64,000 nt of DNA. It comes from an uncultured Nitrospiraceae bacterium. Its GTDB lineage: Bacteria > Nitrospirota > Nitrospiria > Nitrospirales > Nitrospiraceae. The stretch is taken from positions 928,001 through 992,000 of the forward strand of contig CAVPLT010000004.1 of NCBI GenBank assembly GCA_963706325.1, in the 5' to 3' direction. The notes under the pieces were generated by a model. It was given only the letters and a program-made list of their open reading frames with translations. It ran no database searches and had not been told where the DNA came from. Positions 34,044 to 44,525 of this stretch are shown piece by piece (position 1 is the first letter of the stretch; each line of letters opens with the position of its first letter). The position numbers and the translations under genes were made by a program.

Positions 34044-34913
34044 ATGATGCTCGTGACAGGGGCGACAGGAAAACTGGGCCGCCATGTTATGGAAGGGTTG
34101 CTGGTGAAGGGGCCTGCAACCGAGTTGGCCGTGGCAGTACGGAATGTTGCCAAAGCAGCAGACTACGCCGCACGCGGCGTAGCCGTACGTCACGCTGACT
34201 ACGATCAACCCCATACGCTTGTCGCCGCATTCACCGGCATCGACAAGGTGCTGCTGATTTCAGGGAGCGAAGTGGGAAAACGCGCCGCGCAGCATCTCGC
34301 CGTCATCAAGGCGGCCCAAAGCGCGGGCGTGCGGTTCCTGGCGTACACCAGCATGCTGCGCGCCGATACCTCGGGCCTGGCCCTTGCGCGGGAACACAAG
34401 ACGACCGAGGATGCTATTCGTGGGTCCGGCCTAGCCTACGTGTTGCTGCGCAACGGTTGGTACATTGAGAATCATACCGAGCAGCTCGATGCCGTGTTGA
34501 AGCATGGCGTGATCGCCGGCGCCGCGGGTGACGGCCGATTTGCCTCGGCGGCCCGCCAGGACTATGCGGCGGCTGCAGTGACGGTGCTCACGGAAGAAGG
34601 CCATGAGAACAGGGTGTACGAGCTGACCGGCGACAGTCCCTTCACGCTGGAGGAGTTGGCGGCTGAGGTTTCGAAGCAGGCCGGGAAGGCAATCGCCTAC
34701 ACGAACCTTTCGCCGGAGCAGTACAAAAACGTGCTCGTCGGTGCCGGAATGCCTAGTCCTTACACCGACATTTTGGTCGACGCCGATGTGGGTGCGTCTC
34801 GCGGTGAGCTCGATGGCGCGTCCGGCGATCTGCGCCGCTTGATCGGCCGACCGAGCACATCGCTCAGGGATGCGATCGAGGCGGCGTTGAAGAATGGCAA
34901 TGCTATCCGTTGA
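34044..34913 (+). CDS. NmrA-like SDR, QorB/YtfG-type NAD(P)H:quinone oxidoreductase
   Basis: VTGATGKLG, ADYDQP, LLISGSEVG, LRNGWY.EN and YELTG. Confidence 0.85.
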   Translation: MMLVTGATGKLGRHVMEGLLVKGPATELAVAVRNVAKAADYAARGVAVRHADYDQPHTLVAAFTGIDKVLLISGSEVGKRAAQHLAVIKAAQSAGVRFLAYTSMLRADTSGLALAREHKTTEDAIRGSGLAYVLLRNGWYIENHTEQLDAVLKHGVIAGAAGDGRFASAARQDYAAAAVTVLTEEGHENRVYELTGDSPFTLEELAAEVSKQAGKAIAYTNLSPEQYKNVLVGAGMPSPYTDILVDADVGASRGELDGASGDLRRLIGRPSTSLRDAIEAALKNGNAIR

Positions 34914-35064
34914 CCAGTTCTATGCACCACGAGAGGAGATCCTTTCGTGATGTCCAAAGTCACTCAGCGGTACCACCCGCGAAGAGCCTGCCGCCCGTAC
35001 GGTTCCATCCGACAGGACGATCGGCGAGACTTCCCGATTCCAATTAACCACCAGGGATGTGGAT

Positions 35065-36054
35065 ATGGCTCGTTTTTCTATTCTTGATCTGGCATTCGCT
35101 TCGGTAGGCAACACCCCGGCTGACGCATTCAGGAATTCGCTACACCTGGCGCAGCATGCCGAGCGTTGGGGATATCACCGCTTTTGGCTCGCCGAGCATC
35201 ACAACCTGATCGGTATTGCCAGCGCTGCGACAGCAGTCGTGATCGGCCATGTCGCCGCTGGAACGCGCACGATTCGCGTCGGTGCAGGCGGCATCATGCT
35301 ACCGAACCATGCGCCGCTAATGGTGGCCGAACAATTCGGCACATTGGAATCGCTTTTCCCGGGGCGAATCGATCTCGGCCTTGGCCGCGCGCCCGGAACA
35401 GATCAGCGCACCGCGCGGGCATTGCGGCGCAATCCGGCAAGCAGCGACAGTTTTCCCCGTGACGTGCTGGAACTGCAGGCGTTCTTCGGGCCGGTTCAGG
35501 ACGGTCAGGCAGTTCAAGCGGTGCCGGGCGCCGGTCTCCAGGTGCCGCTTTGGATCCTCGGATCGACGTTGTTCGGCGCTCAGCTTGCCGCCATGCTTGG
35601 CCTCCCGTACGCGTTTGCGTCTCATTTCTCTCCGGCTGCGTTGATGCAGGCGCTGCAGGCCTATCACAGCGGGTTCAAGCCATCGCAGCAACTGGATCGG
35701 CCCCACGCGGCTGCGGGGATCAATGTCTTTGCGGCCGACAGCGATGCGCAAGCGAGCCTGCTCTTTACCTCTGCACAACAACAGTTCACCAGTCTGTTCC
35801 GGGGCACGCCCGGCCGGCTTCAGCCGCCCATCGATGACATCGAGACCTACTGGACGCCGACAGAGAAGGCGCAGGCCTCCGGGATGCTCACCTATTCGTT
35901 CGTCGGATCGCCTGAAACCGTGCGGCTTGGTTTGAAGCAGTTCCTGGAACAAACGGCTGTCGACGAAGTGTTTATCGCATCTGCGATCTATGACCATGCC
36001 GCGCGGCTGCGATCGTACCAAATCGTGGCAGACATCTTCTCCACATGGGCCTAA
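35065..36054 (+). CDS. luciferase-like (LLM) flavin-dependent monooxygenase, YhbW-like
   Basis: [37 protein letters not shown] and PYAFASHF. Confidence 0.9.
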   Translation: MARFSILDLAFASVGNTPADAFRNSLHLAQHAERWGYHRFWLAEHHNLIGIASAATAVVIGHVAAGTRTIRVGAGGIMLPNHAPLMVAEQFGTLESLFPGRIDLGLGRAPGTDQRTARALRRNPASSDSFPRDVLELQAFFGPVQDGQAVQAVPGAGLQVPLWILGSTLFGAQLAAMLGLPYAFASHFSPAALMQALQAYHSGFKPSQQLDRPHAAAGINVFAADSDAQASLLFTSAQQQFTSLFRGTPGRLQPPIDDIETYWTPTEKAQASGMLTYSFVGSPETVRLGLKQFLEQTAVDEVFIASAIYDHAARLRSYQIVADIFSTWA

Positions 36055-36136
36055 TCAGCGCAGCCTGCGACCGGGTTAAGCAGCGCAGCGGGACACTGAA
36101 CCAGGAATGCATGGCAAATCGTGAGAAGGAACCAGG

Positions 36137-38947
36137 ATGAGCACTGCCCCGATTGAGCGCCAACGAATCGAAGGCTATCTCCAGAGCGTCGATGAAGTGC
36201 TGTCTGCCCAGGGCACGGATGCGCAGCAAGGCTTGAGTCGTGATGAGGCGCGGGCGCGGCTCGACAGGTACGGCAAGAATGAACTGACCGCCGAAAAGAT
36301 GGTCCCTGCCTGGAGAAAGTTCCTCGCTCAATTTCAAGATCTGCTCGTTCTGCTGCTGCTCGCCGCGGCGGCTATTTCGGCAGGCCTGTGGCTCTACGAA
36401 CGTGATTCTGCATTGCCCTATGAAGCGATGGCGATCTTTGCCGTGGTGCTGCTCAACGCCATCATGGGGTACATTCAACAGGCACGGGCGGAGGAAGCGG
36501 TCGCCGCCTTGCGCCAGATGTCGGCGGCGCAGGCTCACGTCATCCGTGATGGCGCGCGGCAGAGCATTCCCGCGAACGAAGTCGTGCCCGGTGACATCAT
36601 CCTCACCGAAGAGGGTGACACCATTCCAGCCGACGCGCGACTCATTGAGTCAGCCGCGCTGCAAACGGCCGAGGCGGCGCTGACGGGCGAGAGCCTGCCG
36701 GTTTCGAAAGACGTGGTTTCGATTACGGAAGAGGCCGGTCTGGGGGATCGCCGCAACATGCTCTTCAGCGGCACGGCGGCGACCTATGGGCACGGGCGCG
36801 CCGTGGTCACGGCGACGGGCATGCAGACTCAGATGGGTCTCATCGCCGGGATGTTGAAGGAAGCTCCGGCAGAAACCACGCCGCTACAAAAGGAACTCGC
36901 CCGCGTCGGGAGACTGCTCGGATTTATCGTTGTCATCATTGCGGCTGTAATGATCGGAACGATCTTGCTGGTTGAGGACGTGCGCGGATTTTCGGCGTTT
37001 TTTGACGTGCTCATTCTGGGTGTCGCACTCGCGGTCGCCGCGGTGCCGGAAGGTTTGCCGGCGGTGGTGACTGCCGTGCTGTCCCTCGGCGTGCAGCGCA
37101 TGGCAAAAAAGCACGCCATCGTGCGCCATCTTGCCGCAGTGGAGACGCTCGGTTCGGCTGACGTCATCGCCTCCGATAAAACCGGGACCCTCACGAAGAA
37201 TGAAATGACGGTGCGGGCCGTCGTCACCGCGAGCGGGCGGATCCACATCGAGGGCACGGGTTACGAGCCGCAGGGCGACGTGCGGCGAGAGGGAGGCGGG
37301 GCGGTCGACGGCGCCCTGCGATTCGAACTCCAGCGTGCGCTGGCGGCCGCGGATCGCGCCAACAACGCGGTGGTGCAAGAGCGCGACGGACGGTGGATTG
37401 TGCAGGGGGACCCGACGGAAGGCGCGCTCATCGTCGCGGCGCGCAAAGCCGGGCTTGAGGATGACGCGCTCGATGCACGCTTTGCCCGTGTCGGGGAGGT
37501 TCCCTTTTCCTCCGAACGGAAATTGATGAGCACGGTTCATACGGACGCCGACAAGCGCGAGCGCCTGCTCGCCTTTACCAAGGGTGCTCCGGACGTGCTC
37601 CTCGCATGCTGTTCGCATGAGCTTTTCGGGGAAGAGCTTCGGCCTCTGACGGATGAACGTCGATCGGACATTCTGAAGCTGAATGAAGAACTGGCCGGTG
37701 AAGCTCTGCGCACGCTGGGGGTGTCCTCTCGATCTCTGCCGAAAGATTCCTTCAAAGACGAGGATGTGGATGCGACGGTCGAACATGATCTGACTTTCCT
37801 GGGATTGATCGGCATGATTGACCCTCCCCGCGAGGAAGCGAAGGTAGCGGTGACGCGCGCGAAAGGCGCCGGCATCCGCCCGATGATGATTACAGGCGAT
37901 CATCCCAAGACGGCCGCTGTCATTGCCGCGGAACTCGGTATCACCACGGACGGACGAGCGGTCACCGGTGCGGAACTGGAGAGGATGCCGGATGCCGTGC
38001 TCGACCGGACAGTTCAAGAGGTGTCGGTCTACGCGCGTGTCAACCCGGAGCATAAGTTGCGAATCGTGAAGGCGCTGCAGCGTCAAGGTGTGACGGTCGC
38101 GATGACGGGTGACGGCGTCAACGATGCGCCCGCATTGAAGACCGCCGACATCGGCGTGGCCATGGGGATCACGGGTACGGACGTGTCCAAGGAAGCGGCG
38201 GACATGATATTGGCCGACGATAACTTCGCCACCATCGTGGCGGCTGTCGAAGAGGGGCGGGCGATTTTCGCGAACATCCGCAAATTTCTTCGTTACCTGC
38301 TTTCATCGAATCTCGGCGAAGTGATGACGATGTTCTTCGGCGTGCTGCTGGCGGACATCATCGGGTTGGTCCCTCAGGGCGGGAGCGGCCTGGTGCTGCC
38401 GCTGCTGGCGACGCAAATCCTCTGGATCAACCTGGTGACCGACGGAGCCCCAGCGCTTGCGCTGGGTGTCGATCCGGCGGACGCGGGCATGATGGACCTC
38501 CCGCCGCGAGCGCGGGGCGAAGGGGTGATCACGCGTACCATGTGGGCGGGGATCCTCTTCGTCGGCATAATCATGGCGGCAGGAACCCTGCTCGTGCTTG
38601 ACGCCAGCTTGCCTGGCGGACTGATCGAAGGTTCGGGTACGGTGGGGTACGCACAGACGATGGCATTTACGACGCTGATGATGTTTCAGCTGTTCAACAT
38701 CTTCAATGCGCGTTCAGACGAACACAGCGCCTTCTCGGGACTCTTCACAAATTATTGGCTGTGGGCGGGAATCGCATTCTCGCTTCTCCTTCATGTCGCG
38801 GTCATTTACATCCCGTTTTTGCAGCAGGCATTTTCAACGGTGAGCTTGGGCGCCGACGACTGGCTGCGTTGCGCGGTGGTGGCAAGCTCGGTCCTGTGGC
38901 TGCGTGAATTGAGCAAGGTGCTGATGCGCGTGGCAAGCCGCAAGTAA
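36137..38947 (+). CDS. cation (Ca2+-like) transporting P-type ATPase
   Basis: [41 protein letters not shown] and QILWINLVTD (SERCA-like M4-M6 residues). Confidence 0.93.
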   Translation: MSTAPIERQRIEGYLQSVDEVLSAQGTDAQQGLSRDEARARLDRYGKNELTAEKMVPAWRKFLAQFQDLLVLLLLAAAAISAGLWLYERDSALPYEAMAIFAVVLLNAIMGYIQQARAEEAVAALRQMSAAQAHVIRDGARQSIPANEVVPGDIILTEEGDTIPADARLIESAALQTAEAALTGESLPVSKDVVSITEEAGLGDRRNMLFSGTAATYGHGRAVVTATGMQTQMGLIAGMLKEAPAETTPLQKELARVGRLLGFIVVIIAAVMIGTILLVEDVRGFSAFFDVLILGVALAVAAVPEGLPAVVTAVLSLGVQRMAKKHAIVRHLAAVETLGSADVIASDKTGTLTKNEMTVRAVVTASGRIHIEGTGYEPQGDVRREGGGAVDGALRFELQRALAAADRANNAVVQERDGRWIVQGDPTEGALIVAARKAGLEDDALDARFARVGEVPFSSERKLMSTVHTDADKRERLLAFTKGAPDVLLACCSHELFGEELRPLTDERRSDILKLNEELAGEALRTLGVSSRSLPKDSFKDEDVDATVEHDLTFLGLIGMIDPPREEAKVAVTRAKGAGIRPMMITGDHPKTAAVIAAELGITTDGRAVTGAELERMPDAVLDRTVQEVSVYARVNPEHKLRIVKALQRQGVTVAMTGDGVNDAPALKTADIGVAMGITGTDVSKEAADMILADDNFATIVAAVEEGRAIFANIRKFLRYLLSSNLGEVMTMFFGVLLADIIGLVPQGGSGLVLPLLATQILWINLVTDGAPALALGVDPADAGMMDLPPRARGEGVITRTMWAGILFVGIIMAAGTLLVLDASLPGGLIEGSGTVGYAQTMAFTTLMMFQLFNIFNARSDEHSAFSGLFTNYWLWAGIAFSLLLHVAVIYIPFLQQAFSTVSLGADDWLRCAVVASSVLWLRELSKVLMRVASRK

Positions 38948-38950
38948 GCC

Positions 38951-38970
38951 GCCGGCTTCGCCGGTTTGAA
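38951..38970. terminator. possible short hairpin terminator between convergent genes
   Basis: GCCGGC-TTC-GCCGGT followed by TT in the 29-nt gap between the convergent ATPase and GH65 genes. Confidence 0.35.
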
Positions 38971-38976
38971 GGCCGG

Positions 38977-41900
38977 TCAATCGAGCTTGAATACGCGCGT
39001 GCTGCCGCAGGCGAATTCATAGATCTCATTTTTGAGTCCCAGATTGATCGGGATCTGGCCGACATCGCGTCCACGCACGGTGAGAGTATCCCGCGTGAGG
39101 CGTAGGTCGAGCGTATGCCCGCGATAGCGGATGCGCATATCGAGGCGCTCCAGCTCCTGCGGCAATTTCGGATTGAATCGGAGCACGTCCCCAGTCACTT
39201 CGATACCTGTGGATACCCGCTTGACCAAATCGACGCTGCCCGCCATCGCGCCCAGATGAACCCCCTCCTCGGTGGTGCCCTGCTGAATATCGCTCACATC
39301 GCTCTGCAGGGCTTCGGCGAAATAGGTCATCGCGCGCGGCCGGTCGGAACGCGCCAGCACCCACGCATGGACCACCCGGGACAACGTCGATCCATGCGTA
39401 GAACGGGCGTCATAGTAGGCCACGTTTCGCGGAATGGTCTCGTATGGGAATGGATAGTTCAGGCGGGCGAACAGCTCCCCGAGCTCCTCGGAGGAAAACA
39501 GATAGAACAGCATCAGCACGTCGGCTTGCTTGGACAATTTGTAACGGTTTGCGCTGTCATTCTCCGCTTCGAGAATCAGTTCGAGGCGCTGGATGTTGCC
39601 GTAACGCATGCGGTAGCGCTCCCAATCCAACTCGGCTAACTGTTCATAGCCTTCGAACTGGCTGATGATCCCATCGCCATGAAACGGCACATACATTCTT
39701 CGGCTGATGTCATCCCAGTGGGCGAGTTCGTCCGTCGTCAACTGCAGCTGGGTCATGAGCTCGGCGCGACGGATGTCGGGCAGCAGCTTTAGCACCTCCT
39801 GTACCCGGCACAGCACCCATACGGCCATGATGTTGGTGTAGGAGTTGTTATTGAGACCGGGCGCGGAGGCGTTCGGATAGCTCTCGTGAAATTCGTCCGG
39901 GCCCATCACACCACGAATCTCATAGCGCTCGCGCTGCTCGTTGAATTGCGAGATGCTTGCCCAGAAGCGCGCGATGTCGAGCATCATCTCGGCGCCGTAG
40001 AACTGCAGAAACTCAACGTCGTGCGTGACTTGGTAATATTGCCAGACGTTATAGGCGATGGCACTGCCCACATGGCGCTGCAGGTAGGAGTTATCGGGGA
40101 TCCAGCGCCGCGAGTGGGGGTTCAGGTTGAGTTCCTGGGTCTCTTCCTGTCCGTCGCTTCCGCTTTGCCAGGGGAACATGGCCCCTCGAAACCCTGCGCC
40201 CGTGGCCGCCGCGCGCGCCTCCTCGAGCCGCCGATAGCGGTACATCAACAGTGACCGGGTGATTTCCGGCATTCGATAATTAAGGAACGGGAAAATAAAC
40301 AACTCGTCCCAGAAGACGTGGCCCTGATAGGCTTCTCCCGTCCAGCCGCGGGCAGGGACGCCGATGTCGAGTCCGATGGAATTGGGCGAGACCGATTGCA
40401 GCAGATGCAACATGTTCAGGCGCAGCAGCATCGGGACATTCAGCTTGAACGCCTGGCCGAGCGGTTCCAGATGCATATCGAACCGGCGCCACAGATGTTT
40501 CCATGCCATCACATGCCGCGCCATGACTTCATCGAAACGACCCGCACGAGCCATCGCTTTGCGTGACGCCAGCCTGCACTCGGAAATGGCCGGATCCCTT
40601 GATGTATACAACGTGGCGATTTTTTCCAGCGCCAGCGTCTGGCCTTGCTGAAGGTCGATCACCAGCTCCTGTTCGATGCAATTCGGTTCCTGAATCACCC
40701 GGCGGCCTTTTTTGTAAAGCGCTCCGTCGACGAATGCCCGCATTCGCGCTGCCTGCGCCATGTGGATATTCGACTGACTGGTGCGCACCGCCAGAGACAC
40801 GCTGTCTTCGGCCACGACGTCGCTTGCCAGCGGGTCGAGGTGCGTGTTGTTGAACTCGCAATAGAGCCTGGCCCCCTGGTTGACGACACGTCCGTCGATC
40901 CCCGAACGGACCGTGACGCCTGCGGACCAGTTCTCCGCGGTCAGCGTCAGCTCCAATGCGGCCAGGTGCATGTCGTGCATCGAGACCAGGCGGCGCTCTT
41001 GAAGCGTCGTGCGCCGCCCCTCGCTGTCCTCGAAGCGTATCGTTCGAAACAGCATGTCGCGCCGGAGGTCCAATTCCTGGCGGTATGACAAAACTTTCAC
41101 GGTTCTGACATCGAACCATTCGTTATCGGCGACATGAAACGCGAGTGTCAGCCAGTTCGGAAAGTTAACGAGATCCTCATTTTCAACGATGCGGCCCGCA
41201 ATATCGGTGCGCATCCGATTGTAGCCGCAGGCGAGGTAGGTCCCCGGATAATGAACGTCATCCGCCGCTGCCCAGGGCAGGGCCGCACGCGTCGCAAAAT
41301 ACCCGTTCCCCAGTGTGCACAGGGCTTCGCGGATGCCCTCACTCGCAGGGTCGAATCCTTCATAGACCAGCGACCAGGACGCAGGGGGTTCCTCAGCGAT
41401 GGTCACATGCGCCAAGGTGGTCACCACCACATCGGCGCCTGCCTCCCGGAGCGCCTGCGAATGTCCGCCGCGATCGACGCCGATGACGGTGCCGAACCGG
41501 CCCGCTCGTCCCGCCTCAACCCCCGCGATCGCGTCCTCCACGACGACCGCGCGGGTCGGGTCCACCTTCAGGCGCGTCGCGGCCTCCAGGAATGCATCGG
41601 GCGCTGGCTTCCCGTTGAGGGTCAGCCGAATGATGTCCATTCCGTCCACCCGCGTATCGAAAAGATCGGCAATGCCGGCTGCCTCCATGACCGCCGCGCA
41701 GTTGATGCTGGAAGACACGACCGCCGTTTTGACTTCTTGCGCCCGAAGCATCCGTACGAGGTCGATGGCGGGGGCATAAGCTTGGATGCCATGCTCGGTC
41801 AGGTGTTGCATGAAGTAGGTGTCCTTCAGGTTTCCGAGCGCCTGCACTGACTGTATGTCCGAATCTTCTTCTGGGGAGGCGAACGGTAATTCGATTCCGC

Positions 41901-42153
41901 GCGACTTCAGGAAGCTTGCCACACCGTCATAACGAGGTTTGCCGTCGACGTAGCGGCGGTAGTCTTCCAGAACGTCAAACGGGACGAAGGGCTCGCCGGT
42001 TTTCGCAGCCCGCTGTTGAAGAAACTCATCGAACAGCCTCTTCCATGCCGCCGCATGCACAGTCGCAGTCTTGGTCAGTACGCCGTCGAGATCGAACAAG
42101 ACAGCGTCGTAGTCACGCGGGGACAGTGTAACGACGGGGCTGATGTTGGTCAT
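38977..42153 (-). CDS. beta-phosphoglucomutase-like HAD domain fused to GH65 glycoside phosphorylase/hydrolase
   Basis: N-terminal FDLDGV, GKPAPD and VVEDA (HAD). GH65 motifs EALCTLGNGY, GEAYQGHVFWDE, FPWQS, VMGPDEFH, KQADVL and HGSTLS. Start MTNISP follows AAGGA. Confidence 0.9.
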   Translation of the reverse strand: MTNISPVVTLSPRDYDAVLFDLDGVLTKTATVHAAAWKRLFDEFLQQRAAKTGEPFVPFDVLEDYRRYVDGKPRYDGVASFLKSRGIELPFASPEEDSDIQSVQALGNLKDTYFMQHLTEHGIQAYAPAIDLVRMLRAQEVKTAVVSSSINCAAVMEAAGIADLFDTRVDGMDIIRLTLNGKPAPDAFLEAATRLKVDPTRAVVVEDAIAGVEAGRAGRFGTVIGVDRGGHSQALREAGADVVVTTLAHVTIAEEPPASWSLVYEGFDPASEGIREALCTLGNGYFATRAALPWAAADDVHYPGTYLACGYNRMRTDIAGRIVENEDLVNFPNWLTLAFHVADNEWFDVRTVKVLSYRQELDLRRDMLFRTIRFEDSEGRRTTLQERRLVSMHDMHLAALELTLTAENWSAGVTVRSGIDGRVVNQGARLYCEFNNTHLDPLASDVVAEDSVSLAVRTSQSNIHMAQAARMRAFVDGALYKKGRRVIQEPNCIEQELVIDLQQGQTLALEKIATLYTSRDPAISECRLASRKAMARAGRFDEVMARHVMAWKHLWRRFDMHLEPLGQAFKLNVPMLLRLNMLHLLQSVSPNSIGLDIGVPARGWTGEAYQGHVFWDELFIFPFLNYRMPEITRSLLMYRYRRLEEARAAATGAGFRGAMFPWQSGSDGQEETQELNLNPHSRRWIPDNSYLQRHVGSAIAYNVWQYYQVTHDVEFLQFYGAEMMLDIARFWASISQFNEQRERYEIRGVMGPDEFHESYPNASAPGLNNNSYTNIMAVWVLCRVQEVLKLLPDIRRAELMTQLQLTTDELAHWDDISRRMYVPFHGDGIISQFEGYEQLAELDWERYRMRYGNIQRLELILEAENDSANRYKLSKQADVLMLFYLFSSEELGELFARLNYPFPYETIPRNVAYYDARSTHGSTLSRVVHAWVLARSDRPRAMTYFAEALQSDVSDIQQGTTEEGVHLGAMAGSVDLVKRVSTGIEVTGDVLRFNPKLPQELERLDMRIRYRGHTLDLRLTRDTLTVRGRDVGQIPINLGLKNEIYEFACGSTRVFKLD

Positions 42154-42255
42154 AACAGATTCCTTGTATGGAGGTATTCCCGACATGGGTTCAGTGGCGC
42201 AGAACTCGCCGCGGCGTGAGCCACACGTCATCGAGATTCAATGAGAGAGCAAACG

Positions 42256-44325
42256 TCAGCTGCCTGTGCCGGGTACAAGCAGCATTCCGGTCTCGAGGGC
42301 CGGGGCGGGCGGAAGTCCGGTGACTTCGAGGATTTCCTCCTCATTCAGCGTTTCCCGCGACAGGAGGGCGTCGGCGAGCGCATCCAGTTGTTTGCGGTGC
42401 ACGATCAGGAGACGCTTGGCCTCGTCATGGCTCTCGCCGATGATCTTGCGCACTTCCGAGTCGATCGCTTCGGCGGTCTGCTCGCTGAACGGCCTCGTGC
42501 CTGCGAAACCACCCGCGCCGCTGAGGTACGGGTTATCGCGCGGAGCAAGTTGCACCAGCCCTAACCGCTCACTCATGCCCCAACGAGTGACCATTCCGCG
42601 GGCGAGGCCGGTGGCCTGCTCAATGTCGTTTTCCGCGCCGGTGGTCTTGGTGCCATAGACGACCTCCTCGGCCGCGCGGCCTCCCAGCATCCCGACGATT
42701 CTTGCGCGGAGATAGGCTTCCGGGTAGTTGTAACGGTCGCTGTTGGGCCGCTGATACGTGACGCCGAGGGCCTGCCCGCGGGGCACGATCGTCACCCGGT
42801 TCACCGGGTCGGCTCCGGGAACCACGAGGCCGAGAATGGCATGTCCACCTTCGTGGTACGCGATGCGCTCCCGGTCGGCTCGGGTCATGAGGAGAGGGCG
42901 TTCGGGGCCGAGTACGATCTTTTCCAGGGCGTCAAGAAAATCTTTGTGACGGACCTCGTTCTGCTCGCGGCGGGCCCCTAGCAGCGCCGCCTCATTGACC
43001 AAATTTTTCAGGTCGGCTCCTGAAAGCCCCGGTGTGACGGCGGCAAGGTCTCCTAAGATGGCATCGTTTGCGAGCGGCACCTTGCGGGTGTGGACCTTGA
43101 GAATGGCTTCTCTTCCGGTCTTGTCCGGAAGGTTCACCACGACGCGGCGGTCGAATCGTCCGGGTCTGAGCAGTGCTTTGTCGAGCACCTCCGGTTGGTT
43201 GGTCGCTGCCAGAACAATGATGCCCTCTCGGCTTGAGAAGCCGTCCATCTCCGTCAGGATCTGGTTCAAAGTCTGTTCCTGCTCGCTCGATCCCCCAATG
43301 GCCATCTGTCCGCGCGCGCGGCCGATGGCGTCGAGCTCGTCGATGAACACGATCGCCGGGGCATGCTCGCGCGCCTCCTTGAAAAGGTCCCGCACCCTCG
43401 CTGCGCCCACGCCCACGATCATTTCCACGAATTCTGCGGCGCTCATCGAGAAAAACGGTACGCCTGCCTCTCCCGCCACTGCCTTCGCCAGTAGGGTCTT
43501 TCCGGTACCGGGCGCGCCTACTAGCAGCACGCCTTTCGGCGCGGTCCCGCCGAGGCGGGTGTACTTCTTGGTATCCCTGAGAAAGTCCACGATCTCAACC
43601 AGTTCGTTTTCGGCTTCGTCGATGCCGGCGACGTCATCGAAGGTCACCTTCGAATCTTTCTCCTGATCATAGCGGCGAGCGGTGCTCTTGCCGATGCCCA
43701 TCAGGCCGCCTCCCATGCCGCCGCCCTGAGCTGCCCGTCGAAACATCCAGATATAGAAACCGATGAAAAACAGGGCGGGGCCGAAGCTGAAGAACAGCGT
43801 GGCCCAAGGGTTGCCCCCATCCTGAATCGGTTCGGCGCTGATCTCCACGTGATTATCGATGAGAAACTTTTCCAGACCTGGGTCTGCGAAGGAGGGCAGC
43901 GTGGTTTCAAAGGTGGTGGCTGTCTTCGAAGGAACGCCGCGAGGCGCCGCGCCGCGCGTGCCTGACGACTGTGAATCCTTGCCGGACGACGAATGCTGAC
44001 CGCCTGCGGGCGGGTAGGTGACCGGTGACGCGAATCTCCCTGTGATGGTATCGGCCCGACCGTATATGGCCTCGACGTTGCCTTTTCTGACCTCTTCCTT
44101 AAATACCGTATAGGGTACCGTCACCGGTGTTTCGCCCGGCATGAGCATCTTCACGAAGAAAAAATTCGTGAGCAGGATCACCATGAACCAGAGCCATGTT
44201 TTACCCGGCGGCATTTTCATTTGTTCGATGCCTTTCCGGATTCCGGGCTTGCTGGTGGGCGTCGGAATGCGCCGATCCGGTTTCGTGTCACCGCTGCGTC
44301 GAGTTTCCTGTCCGGTCGCGCTCAT
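42256..44325 (-). CDS. ftsH: ATP-dependent zinc metalloprotease FtsH
   Basis: Two TM segments, [34 protein letters not shown] and the HEGGH zinc motif. Start MSATG follows GGGGAG. Confidence 0.95.
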   Translation of the reverse strand: MSATGQETRRSGDTKPDRRIPTPTSKPGIRKGIEQMKMPPGKTWLWFMVILLTNFFFVKMLMPGETPVTVPYTVFKEEVRKGNVEAIYGRADTITGRFASPVTYPPAGGQHSSSGKDSQSSGTRGAAPRGVPSKTATTFETTLPSFADPGLEKFLIDNHVEISAEPIQDGGNPWATLFFSFGPALFFIGFYIWMFRRAAQGGGMGGGLMGIGKSTARRYDQEKDSKVTFDDVAGIDEAENELVEIVDFLRDTKKYTRLGGTAPKGVLLVGAPGTGKTLLAKAVAGEAGVPFFSMSAAEFVEMIVGVGAARVRDLFKEAREHAPAIVFIDELDAIGRARGQMAIGGSSEQEQTLNQILTEMDGFSSREGIIVLAATNQPEVLDKALLRPGRFDRRVVVNLPDKTGREAILKVHTRKVPLANDAILGDLAAVTPGLSGADLKNLVNEAALLGARREQNEVRHKDFLDALEKIVLGPERPLLMTRADRERIAYHEGGHAILGLVVPGADPVNRVTIVPRGQALGVTYQRPNSDRYNYPEAYLRARIVGMLGGRAAEEVVYGTKTTGAENDIEQATGLARGMVTRWGMSERLGLVQLAPRDNPYLSGAGGFAGTRPFSEQTAEAIDSEVRKIIGESHDEAKRLLIVHRKQLDALADALLSRETLNEEEILEVTGLPPAPALETGMLLVPGTGS

Positions 44326-44525
44326 GATCAATCTCCCCGGGCCCCTGGTGAATGTCAGGTGGAAATCCACCAAGTGATAGTCGACAGTACCATCTAGATA
44401 CGCTCAGAACAAGTTCACCAACTTTCCGGCAGTGTGCGGGGATGCGTATGCTGTCACATCTACGGTGGAAGTGTTGTACGAGGGAGGTTCGTAACGTATG
44501 CTGAATTGGCGTAGAGCAGTCAAAC

